Of a stretch of 13,167 bases of DNA, positions 1 to 7,259 are shown piece by piece; position 1 is the stretch's first letter; each line of letters begins with the position of its first letter. The DNA lies in the NCBI GenBank assembly GCA_963813155.1, contig CAWEYG010000014.1:1-13167 (forward strand). The letters are read 5' to 3'. The stretch is from an uncultured Acidobacteriota bacterium (GTDB lineage: Bacteria > Acidobacteriota > Thermoanaerobaculia > UBA5066 > DATFVB01). The notes below the pieces were generated by a model. The model ran no database searches, was not told where the DNA came from, and was given only the letters and a program-made list of their open reading frames with translations. A program made the position numbers and the translations under genes.

Positions 1-121
1 TGCGGTGACGCGTCCGGTAGTAAAGGAAAACGAGCAACATCCGGTGCGATCCGTAAACCGCGAGGCCGAGGAGGACGCTGTAGTAACAGATTAAGATCGC
101 GATGTCGGAAACATGAAGCAT
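1..121 (-). CDS. 5' end of a membrane-bound family 2 glycosyltransferase (cellulose-synthase-like/glucomannan synthase-like); runs off the left edge
   Basis: Not in the ORF track. Manual translation from ATG at 121-119 gives MLHVSDIAILICYYSVLLGLAVYGSHRMLLVFLYYRTRHR, open to the edge. An SD-like GGGAG lies just upstream and an in-frame TAG at 142-140 bounds the start. The hydrophobic helix plus YGxHRxxLVxLYY resembles the N-terminus of bacterial CslA-like GT2 proteins. Only 40 aa are visible. Confidence 0.7.
   Translation of the reverse strand, partial: MLHVSDIAILICYYSVLLGLAVYGSHRMLLVFLYYRTRHR
92..97 (+). promoter_or_regulatory. putative sigma70-type -10 hexamer (TAAGAT) for the + strand operon
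   Basis: TANNNT hexamer in a locally AT-rich patch, ending 15 nt before the ATG at 113. No convincing -35 element. Confidence 0.35.
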
Positions 122-1429
122 TTTCTTCTCCCGGCCATTCTACTGGAGGCGATTTTCGCTTTCGTCGCGGGCGCCCCCGATTTTCGCACCCGCCTTCTCG
201 TCTACCTTCCGCTCGTTCTGACCGCCGCTCCCGCGGCTCTTCTCTTCGCTTCCCGCGCGCCGAAGAAAGCCGCGCTCGTGTGCGGGCTCGTCTTCCGCGC
301 AACTCTCCTCGTTCGCTCTCCCGACCTCTCGGACGACCTCCTTCGGTACGTCTGGGACGGACGAGTGGCGGCCGCGGGCCGTTCTCCCTACGAGCTCCCG
401 CCGGCGGACCCGGGGCTTTCGTCTCTCCGGGATTCCCGGTGGCGGGCGATGTCTTATCCCGACGCTCTCACGATCTATCCGCCAGCCGCCGAATTCTTGT
501 TCAAGGTGGGTGCCGTCTCCGGGTCGCCGGAGCTTTTCTTGAAGACGGTCTTTGCCGCCGCCGACCTTTCCGTGGTCTGGCTCCTGGGCGGCTTTCCCGG
601 CGGAGAATTCGCTTCCGCCCTGTATGCCGCGTTCCCGCTCCCGGTCATCGAGAGCGCCGGAATGGGACACGTGGATTCCGTCGGGATCGCCCTTCTTCTC
701 GCCTCGCTGCTCCTTCTGAGGCGGGGCTCGCGGGCGCTCTCCGGGCTCGCGGCGGCGCTGTCGGTGCTCGTCAAATACGTTTCGGGGGCGGCGCTCCTGC
801 CGTGGCTCCGCCGGGGGAAGCTCGCATTTTTCGCCGGGTTTCTTCTGGCCGGGGGACTGCTCTGGCGCGCGGGGAAGGGCTCCGGGCCCTCGCCCGCAAC
901 CGGGCTGGCGAACTTCGCGACGCGGTGGGAAGGCAATTCCGTGTTCTATCCCGCGGTGCGCCGGGTCGTTTCCGAGCTTCGCCTCCCGGAGAGAGCGAAA
1001 GCGCGCTACGCGGAGTGGAAGTCCCGGCGGCCGCAGCGGCCGTGGATGGAGCGCGTGTGGCCTTACTTTTATGCCGAGTTCTTCGCGCGCTCGGCGCTCG
1101 CGCTGGTTCTCGCGGCCGGCCTCGTGACGATCGCGATCCGGATCCCGGACCCCGTCCGCGCGACGGGCGCGAGCATCGGCCTGCTCCTCCTCGTTTCCCC
1201 CGTTCTCCATCCCTGGTATTTGCTCTGGGCGCTGCCTTTCGCGGCCCTCTCGCGCTCGGCGCCCTTCCTCTATCTCTCGGCCGCCGTGCCGCTCGCGTAC
1301 GGGCTTCTGTACCGGACGGCGTTTCTCTCTTCTCCCGTCATCCTGCTGCTGGAGTACGTTCCCTTCTCAGCCCTCCTGCTTCGCGAGGTCTGGCGGGCGG
1401 AGCGGCCCGCGGGGGTCGCGCGCCCGTGA
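113..1429 (+). CDS. GT87/DUF2029-like polytopic membrane glycosyltransferase (GT-C fold, lipid-phosphosugar dependent)
   Basis: 438 aa with many hydrophobic segments. Motifs LSDDLLRYVWDGRV, SPY, TIYPP, GHVDS, VK, RWEGN and VLHPWY are typical of GT87/DUF2029 proteins. An in-frame TAA at 92-94 makes 113 the first possible ATG. Confidence 0.82.
   Translation: MKHFLLPAILLEAIFAFVAGAPDFRTRLLVYLPLVLTAAPAALLFASRAPKKAALVCGLVFRATLLVRSPDLSDDLLRYVWDGRVAAAGRSPYELPPADPGLSSLRDSRWRAMSYPDALTIYPPAAEFLFKVGAVSGSPELFLKTVFAAADLSVVWLLGGFPGGEFASALYAAFPLPVIESAGMGHVDSVGIALLLASLLLLRRGSRALSGLAAALSVLVKYVSGAALLPWLRRGKLAFFAGFLLAGGLLWRAGKGSGPSPATGLANFATRWEGNSVFYPAVRRVVSELRLPERAKARYAEWKSRRPQRPWMERVWPYFYAEFFARSALALVLAAGLVTIAIRIPDPVRATGASIGLLLLVSPVLHPWYLLWALPFAALSRSAPFLYLSAAVPLAYGLLYRTAFLSSPVILLLEYVPFSALLLREVWRAERPAGVARP
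137..142 (-). promoter_or_regulatory. putative sigma70-type -10 hexamer (TAGAAT) for the leftward GT2 gene
   Basis: + strand attcta reads TAGAAT on the - strand (5/6 match to TATAAT), ending 15 nt before the ATG at 121. No convincing -35 element. Confidence 0.45.
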
Positions 1430-2184
1430 GATACCGCGCGACGGTCGCGTACGTGGGAACGTTCTTTCACGGATGGCAGATCCAGGAGAACGCGCCGCGG
1501 ACGGTTCAGGGGACGATCGAATCGGTCCTGTCGGAATTTTTCGAAGAGCCCCTTCGCGTTCACGCGTCGGGCCGCACGGACGCGGGCGTCCACGCGGACG
1601 GACAGGTCGTGCACTTCGACGCGGCCGCGATGCCCGCGCCGGCCGTGCGAAGCGCGGCGAATCGCAAGCTGCCCTGGGACGTTCGAATCCTCTCGATGGA
1701 AGAAGCGCCGCCGGCATTTCACGCCCGGTCGTGCGCCGCCGGAAAGCGCTACGTCTACCGCTTTTCGAGGGAAGCCGTCGTCGCGCCGAGAGATGCGCTC
1801 TTCGTGGCCCCGATTTCTCCCCGCGCCGACGCGTCGCGGATGGCCCGGGCGGCGGCGTCGGTCGTCGGGACGCGCGACTTCTTTCCGTTCTCGACCTCCG
1901 GCACGGAGACGGAAACGACGGTTCGAACGGTCTCGGCCTGCGGCGTGCGGGAAGACGGGCCCCGGCTGACGATCGAAATCGAAGCGGACGGATTCCTGCG
2001 CGGAATGGCCCGGGCGATCGCCGGCACCCTCGCCGATGTGGGCCGGGGCCGGCTCGACCCCGGGTTCGTGGAGGAGATCTTCGCCCGGCGCTCCCGGGCG
2101 CTCGTCGCCCCGAAGGCGAAACCCCGGGGGCTGACCCTGGAAAGGGTCTTCTATCCCTTTTTCGATAACATAGGCGCCGAATGA
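1426..2184 (+). CDS. truA: tRNA pseudouridine(38-40) synthase TruA
   Basis: C-terminal 252 aa of the 280..2184 ORF. GTG at 1426 overlaps the upstream TGA. Motifs YVGTFFHGWQ, GRTDAGVHADGQ (catalytic Asp), FHAR, GTRDF, ADGFLRGM and GLTL. Confidence 0.95.
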   Translation: MRYRATVAYVGTFFHGWQIQENAPRTVQGTIESVLSEFFEEPLRVHASGRTDAGVHADGQVVHFDAAAMPAPAVRSAANRKLPWDVRILSMEEAPPAFHARSCAAGKRYVYRFSREAVVAPRDALFVAPISPRADASRMARAAASVVGTRDFFPFSTSGTETETTVRTVSACGVREDGPRLTIEIEADGFLRGMARAIAGTLADVGRGRLDPGFVEEIFARRSRALVAPKAKPRGLTLERVFYPFFDNIGAE

Positions 2185-2978
2185 AAGATCGCCAGCTGCT
2201 GGCCTCTCCGGGATCCGTCGAAGAAGAGCTGCTCGCTTCGATCGACTCGAAGCGGCTTCCGCGCCACGTCGCGGTCATCATGGACGGCAACGGCCGGTGG
2301 GCCAAGCGCCAGGGGAAGCCCCGCGTCGAGGGACACCGGGCCGGGATCGCCTCCGTTCGGGAGATCGTGGAGACGTGCGCGCGGCTGGAAATCGACGCGC
2401 TGACCCTGTACGCGTTCTCGGTCGAAAACTGGAAGCGTCCCCGATTCGAAGTCGTGACGCTCATGACGCTGCTGAAGGAGTACCTGCGCAAGGAGCTGCA
2501 GAACCTCATCGACAACGACATCCGGTTTCGCGTCATGGGCCGTATGAACGAGCTCGATCCGTCGGTTCAGAAGGAGCTCGTGCGCGGGCTTGCCGCGACG
2601 TCGACGTGTCGCGGAATGACGTTCAACATCGCCCTGAACTACGGCGGCCGCACCGAGATCGTCGACGCGTGCCGCTCGCTCGCGCAGGACGTTGCTTCCG
2701 GCCGCCTCACTCCCGAGCAGATCGACGAGGAAATGCTCGGCTCGCGGCTCGGCACCGCCGGAATTCCGGACCCCGATCTCCTGATCCGCACGTCCGGCGA
2801 GATGCGGGTCTCGAATTTCCTCCTGTGGCAGATCGCCTATTCGGAGATCTGGGTGACGCCGACCCTTTGGCCCGATTTTCGGAAGAAAGACCTTTACGAA
2901 GCGATCCTGGAGTTCCAGAAGCGGGAGCGCCGATACGGAGGCGTGCTCGAGAGCCACGGCGCGGCCGCCGGCGGATGA
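2181..2978 (+). CDS. uppS: undecaprenyl diphosphate synthase (cis-prenyltransferase)
   Basis: 265 aa. Motifs PRHVAVIMDGNGRWA, YAFSVENWKRP, NYGGR, PDLLIRTSGEMRVSNFLLWQ and C-terminal RRYGG. ATGA overlap with truA. Confidence 0.97.
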   Translation: MKDRQLLASPGSVEEELLASIDSKRLPRHVAVIMDGNGRWAKRQGKPRVEGHRAGIASVREIVETCARLEIDALTLYAFSVENWKRPRFEVVTLMTLLKEYLRKELQNLIDNDIRFRVMGRMNELDPSVQKELVRGLAATSTCRGMTFNIALNYGGRTEIVDACRSLAQDVASGRLTPEQIDEEMLGSRLGTAGIPDPDLLIRTSGEMRVSNFLLWQIAYSEIWVTPTLWPDFRKKDLYEAILEFQKRERRYGGVLESHGAAAGG

Positions 2979-3811
2979 AGCTCCAGCGCGAGATTTCCGC
3001 CGGTGTCGCGATCCCGATCGTGGCGGCGGTGCTGTGGTTCGCGCCCCCGTGGGCGTTCGGGTCGCTGGCCGGAGTGCTCGGTCTCGCGACCCTCCTGGAG
3101 TTCTATCGTCTCGCCGAGGGGGCGGGCCTGCCGGTTCCCAAGACGCTCGCGCTCCTGTTCGCGGCCGGAATTCTCGCCGCGGCCGCGGCTCCCGCGGCTT
3201 CGCCATCCGGAGTCGTCGTGGCCGGCGGCATTTTCCTCCTCGCGGCGCTGTTCGCCGCGGCGGAGCTCGTTTCGGACGTTCCGCTTGCCCTCTCCCTCGC
3301 GGGAGCGGGCGCCGCGCTGCTCGGCATCGCCCTCGTCGTTTTGCCCTTTTGCGGCCTGATGTGGCTCGACCGCGCGTACCTTCCCGGCGCCACGGCGAAG
3401 TTCGGCGCGCGGCTCGTCTTCTTCCTGTTCGCGACGATCTGGGCGTGCGACTCCTTCGCCTACTACGTCGGAAAGAGTCTCGGCCGGCACAAGCTCGCTC
3501 CCGAGGTGTCGCCGAAAAAAACCGTCGAAGGCGCGATCGGGGGCTTCGCCGGCTCGCTGCTCGTCGCGGCGATCGCCGCGTCGCTCTTCCTCCGGGAGTT
3601 CCGGCCGATCGAAGCGGCCATCGTCGGCGGCCTCGCCTCGTCGGCGGGCCAGCTGGGGGACCTCGTGGAGTCGATGTTCAAGCGCGCGGCGGGCGTCAAG
3701 GATTCGGGCGTTTTTCTGCCCGGACACGGCGGCTTCTACGACCGGGTCGACTCGCTGCTTTTCGCGGTTCCCGTTCTCTGCGGCGCCGTTCTCCTGAAGA
3801 TGGCGACGTGA
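2975..3811 (+). CDS. cdsA: phosphatidate cytidylyltransferase
   Basis: 278 aa from ATG 2975 (ATGA overlap), within the 2297..3811 ORF. Motifs DSFAYYVG, SPKKTVEG and GDLVESMFKRAAGVKDSGVFLPGHGGFYDRVDS. Canonical position after uppS. Confidence 0.96.
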   Translation: MKLQREISAGVAIPIVAAVLWFAPPWAFGSLAGVLGLATLLEFYRLAEGAGLPVPKTLALLFAAGILAAAAAPAASPSGVVVAGGIFLLAALFAAAELVSDVPLALSLAGAGAALLGIALVVLPFCGLMWLDRAYLPGATAKFGARLVFFLFATIWACDSFAYYVGKSLGRHKLAPEVSPKKTVEGAIGGFAGSLLVAAIAASLFLREFRPIEAAIVGGLASSAGQLGDLVESMFKRAAGVKDSGVFLPGHGGFYDRVDSLLFAVPVLCGAVLLKMAT

Positions 3812-4977
3812 GAACGCTTTCCCTGCTCGGCTCGACCGGATCGATCGGCGTTTCGACCCTCGACGTCGTCTCGGCGCTGCCCGGACAATTCCGAATCGCC
3901 GCGATGGCGGCCGGGCGCCGGATCGGCTTGTTTTCCGAGCAAATCGAGAAATTTCAGCCGCTGCTCGCGTCGGTCGAGCTCGAAGAAGACGTTCCCCTGC
4001 TGCGAAAGCAGGCCCCCGCGTACCGCGGCGAGATCGTGTTCGGGCGGGAGGGCCTCGTCGCGTGCGCGACGCTTCCGGAGGCCGACACCGTGGTCGCCGG
4101 GCTCGTCGGGGCGGTCGGGCTCGCCTCCGCGCATGCGGCCCTTCGCGCGGGAAAACGGCTCGCGCTGGCGAACAAGGAGACGATGGTCGTCGCGGGAGAG
4201 CTGATGGCGCGCACCGCCCGCGAGAGCGGCGCGGAGATCGTCCCGATCGACTCGGAGCACAGCGCGATCCACCAGGCCCTTCGGGCCGGCCGGTCCTCGG
4301 AAGTGCGCCGGCTGATCCTCACCGGTTCCGGAGGCCCGTTCCGAACGCGGCCGCTGGACACTTTCGACGAGATCGCGATCGAAGACGCGCTGCGCCACCC
4401 GACGTGGAAGATGGGCCCGAAGATCACGATCGATTCCGCGACGATGATGAACAAGGGCCTGGAGATCCTCGAAGCGCATTTTCTCTTCGGCGTCGATCCC
4501 TCCGCGATCGAGGTTCTCCTCCACCCGCAGTCGCTCGTCCATTCGATGGTGGAGTATTGCGACGGCTCCGTCGTCGCGCAGATGGCGCGCAACGACATGC
4601 GTTTTCCCATTCTCTACGCGCTCGCGTATCCGGAGCGGCTCTCCAATCCCTTCGGCGAGCTCTCGCTCGCCGGCGCCCGCTTCGAGTTCTCCGAGGTCGA
4701 GCCGGAGCGCTATCCGGCGATCGGCCTCGCGCGCGACGCGCTGGCCGAAGGGGGCGCGGCCCCGGCCGTTCTGAACGCCGCCAACGAGATCGCCGTCGAG
4801 GCGTTTCTTTCCGGGAAGATTCGCTTCCCGTCGATTGTTCGGATTGTCGCCGACACCCGGACCGCTTTCGGACGCCGCGGAGCGCCTGACAGCGTCGCGG
4901 AGGCGGAAGAAATCGACCGCCAGGCTCGCGAGACGGCCCGGGAGCTCGCGACCCGGCTTTCAGGAGTTCGCGCGTGA
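3808..4977 (+). CDS. dxr: 1-deoxy-D-xylulose-5-phosphate reductoisomerase (MEP pathway)
   Basis: 389 aa from GTG 3808 (GTGA overlap). Motifs LGSTGSIG, LANKE, PIDSEH, SGGPF, HPTWKMGPKITIDSATMMNKGLE, HPQSLVHSMV and NAANE. Confidence 0.97.
   Translation: MRTLSLLGSTGSIGVSTLDVVSALPGQFRIAAMAAGRRIGLFSEQIEKFQPLLASVELEEDVPLLRKQAPAYRGEIVFGREGLVACATLPEADTVVAGLVGAVGLASAHAALRAGKRLALANKETMVVAGELMARTARESGAEIVPIDSEHSAIHQALRAGRSSEVRRLILTGSGGPFRTRPLDTFDEIAIEDALRHPTWKMGPKITIDSATMMNKGLEILEAHFLFGVDPSAIEVLLHPQSLVHSMVEYCDGSVVAQMARNDMRFPILYALAYPERLSNPFGELSLAGARFEFSEVEPERYPAIGLARDALAEGGAAPAVLNAANEIAVEAFLSGKIRFPSIVRIVADTRTAFGRRGAPDSVAEAEEIDRQARETARELATRLSGVRA
4962..4966 (+). promoter_or_regulatory. Shine-Dalgarno sequence of rseP
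   Basis: AGGAG ending 7 nt before GTG 4974, inside the 3' end of dxr. Confidence 0.6.
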
Positions 4978-6287
4978 GTTTTCTCGAGGACGTGCTGGCC
5001 ATGGCGGTCGTGCTTTCGATCGTCGTCTTCATCCACGAGTTCGGCCATTTCGCGACCGCGAAACTCGCGAAGTTTCCGGTCGAAGTGTTCTCGTTCGGCT
5101 TCGGCAAGAGGCTGTTCGGCGTGAAGTGGCGGGGAACCGATTACCGCGTCTCGGCGCTCCCTCTCGGGGGCTACGTGCGCGTCCTCGGGCTCGGCCCGGA
5201 CGAGTCGACGGCCGTCGGAGCGGCCGAGGCGTCCGCGGCGGTCGCGGGGCCGCGCTGGAAGCGCGCCGGGATTCTGCTCGCCGGGCCCGCGATGAACTTC
5301 GTCCTCGCGATCGCGCTCGGGGCCGGCGTCTTCATGGTCGGACGAAAGGTCCCGGCGTATCGGCTGCAGCCGGCCGTCATCCAGTCGATCGCGCCGAACT
5401 CCGCGGGCCAGGCGGCGGGTTTTCGAAAAGGCGACCGCATCGTCGCGATCGACGGAAAGCCGGTGGAAAACTGGCAGGACGCCGAGTTCGCATTCGCGAT
5501 CAGCCCCCGGCAGAAGCTCTCGGTCGCCATCGACCGGGCGGGAAGCTCGCTCACGATCCCGCTCGTCCCCCGCGGCGTCTCGAAGTTCGACATCGGGTAC
5601 ACGGGGATCGGCCCCGCGCTGCGCCCGCGGGTCGGCCGCGTCCTTTCGCGCAGCCCGGCCGAGGCGGCGGGCTTCCAGAGCGGCGACGTGATTCTTTCCG
5701 TCTCCGGAGAGACGGTCGAGAGCGTCCCCGAGGTTCTCGAAGCCGTCGGCCGCCACTCGCCCGGGCCGGAGACTTTCGTCGTCACCCGCAAGGGTCAGAC
5801 GCTCCCGCTGACGGTTTCGCCGCGCAAGGAGACGGACGGATGGAAGATCGGCGTCTCGCTCGACGTCGACGTTCCGGAAGTTCTCGAGAAGTTTCCGCCC
5901 GTCGAAGCCGTTCGCCAGGGTTGGCGGAGCCTCCGCACCGACACGCAGGCGACGCTCGGCGTCATCGTGAAGCTCTTTGCGGGGCGCGCGTCGGTCAAGC
6001 AGATGTCCGGGCCCATTGCGATCGGCCAGTTCGCGGGAGAAGCGGCGCGCGAGGGATTCATTCCCCTCGTGTCGCTGATGGGGATGCTCTCGCTCCAGCT
6101 CGGCATCCTGAACCTGCTGCCGGTTCCGATGCTCGACGGCGGGCAGCTCGCCGTCCTGCTCGTGGAAGGCCTCATCCGGCGCGACTTCTCGCTGCGCGTC
6201 AAGGAGCGGATCCTCCAGTTCGGATTCGTCCTGCTCGTGCTCCTGATGGGGGTCGTGATCTACAACGACATCCTCAAGGTGTTCTGA
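4974..6287 (+). CDS. rseP: RIP metalloprotease RseP (site-2 protease, M50) with tandem PDZ domains
   Basis: 437 aa. HEFGH zinc motif, LPLGGYV, AGPAMN, two PDZ-like repeats (SAGQAAGFRKGDRI and SPAEAAGFQSGDVI), SGPIAI and NLLPVPMLDGG. Canonical position after dxr. Confidence 0.96.
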   Translation: MSFLEDVLAMAVVLSIVVFIHEFGHFATAKLAKFPVEVFSFGFGKRLFGVKWRGTDYRVSALPLGGYVRVLGLGPDESTAVGAAEASAAVAGPRWKRAGILLAGPAMNFVLAIALGAGVFMVGRKVPAYRLQPAVIQSIAPNSAGQAAGFRKGDRIVAIDGKPVENWQDAEFAFAISPRQKLSVAIDRAGSSLTIPLVPRGVSKFDIGYTGIGPALRPRVGRVLSRSPAEAAGFQSGDVILSVSGETVESVPEVLEAVGRHSPGPETFVVTRKGQTLPLTVSPRKETDGWKIGVSLDVDVPEVLEKFPPVEAVRQGWRSLRTDTQATLGVIVKLFAGRASVKQMSGPIAIGQFAGEAAREGFIPLVSLMGMLSLQLGILNLLPVPMLDGGQLAVLLVEGLIRRDFSLRVKERILQFGFVLLVLLMGVVIYNDILKVF

Positions 6288-6299
6288 GTCCGACCTGTC

Positions 6300-7259
6300 G
6301 TGGAGACGGAGCAGGCCAAACGGGTTGCGTCCTTCTGGGATGAAAACCGGCACAAAGTCACGAAGAACCCGGCTTTCTGGATGGCGCATCCCCTCTGCCG
6401 GCAGGCGATCAACCGCAGAATCGGAGGAAACCCCCACGAATGGACCCTCGACCGATTCAAGAGGATGCGAGGCGCAAAGCCGTTCGAGCGGGGAATTTCC
6501 TGGGGCTGCGGGCTGGGCGAGTTCGAGCGGGCGGTCGTTCGCCTCGGGATCGCGAAGGAAGTCGATGCGTTCGACCTGTCTCCGAAATCCGTCGCCGACG
6601 CGCGGGTCGAGGCCGAAAGGGGAGGAATTACGGGCGTGAATTTCTGCGTCGGCGACTTCAACGACCCGAAGATCCCGTTTCACAGGTACGACATCGTCTT
6701 CTTTCATCAATCGCTTCATCACGTCATGGGGTTGGAGAGACTGTTTCGTCGTCTGTCGCTTTCATTGAAGTCTCGCGCCGCAATCTACGTGGACGAATAT
6801 ACGGGGCCCTCACGCGACCATTGGTCTGACGAAAAGCTCGTGGCCGCCCAGGCGGTTCTGGACTCCTTGCCTGACGAAGCAAAGCTGAAGGCGACGCTCG
6901 ACGCTCCGATCATCCGAGAGGACCCTTCGGAAGCGATTCGGTCGGACGAGATCGCGCGGTTCGTTCGGGAATTCTTCGACATCGAAGAATGGAAACCCTA
7001 TGGCGGCCAGATCGTCGACCTGGTTTTCCTCGCGATTTCGAAGGAATGGGCCGATTCTTCGGACGGATGCCAGGCGACCCTCGAGATGCTGAGGATGGAG
7101 GACGAACAAATCGCGCGGGACGAAGGAGCGAGTCACCACCTCTACGCGTTCGGACACTTGAAGCCGCCGTTCCGCCTCGCCGTGCCCCTCGCGAAGCAGG
7201 TCAGGAAGGCCGCAATCCGAAGAGCGAAGAAGATCTTTCGAGCGGAGTCTCTTTCGTAA
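6300..7259 (+). CDS. class I SAM-dependent methyltransferase, substrate unknown
   Basis: 319 aa. Motif I ISWGCGLG, acidic motif II DAFDLS, then VGDFN, YDIVFFHQSLHHV and IYVDEY. GTG start with no clear SD, so the start is uncertain. Confidence 0.85.
   Translation: METEQAKRVASFWDENRHKVTKNPAFWMAHPLCRQAINRRIGGNPHEWTLDRFKRMRGAKPFERGISWGCGLGEFERAVVRLGIAKEVDAFDLSPKSVADARVEAERGGITGVNFCVGDFNDPKIPFHRYDIVFFHQSLHHVMGLERLFRRLSLSLKSRAAIYVDEYTGPSRDHWSDEKLVAAQAVLDSLPDEAKLKATLDAPIIREDPSEAIRSDEIARFVREFFDIEEWKPYGGQIVDLVFLAISKEWADSSDGCQATLEMLRMEDEQIARDEGASHHLYAFGHLKPPFRLAVPLAKQVRKAAIRRAKKIFRAESLS

Noticed and set aside
280-1425. Long N-terminal extension of TruA in the 634-aa ORF
   Set aside because: Arg/Gly/Pro-rich shadow frame over the GT87 gene. 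TruA homology starts at GTG 1426, in a GTGA overlap.
3515-3521. A7 tract in cdsA as a slippage site
   Set aside because: It encodes the conserved SPKKT motif of a normally essential enzyme.
2297-3807. Apparent N-terminal extensions of CdsA (from 2297) and Dxr (from 3034)
   Set aside because: Off-frame readings of the upstream genes, left open because stops are rare at high GC. The recognisable proteins begin at 2975 and 3808.
6285-6325. Selenocysteine-type recoding of the rseP TGA
   Set aside because: Only a weak possible hairpin follows, with no convincing SECIS. RseP is complete at this stop and no catalytic Cys is expected here.
4710-6722. Long antisense ORFs (4710..6722 -, 140..1210 -, 7354..8724 +, 9128..10816 + and similar)
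   Set aside because: They mirror real genes on the opposite strand, have Arg/Glu/Asp-biased composition typical of antisense to hydrophobic high-GC genes, and show no recognisable motifs.
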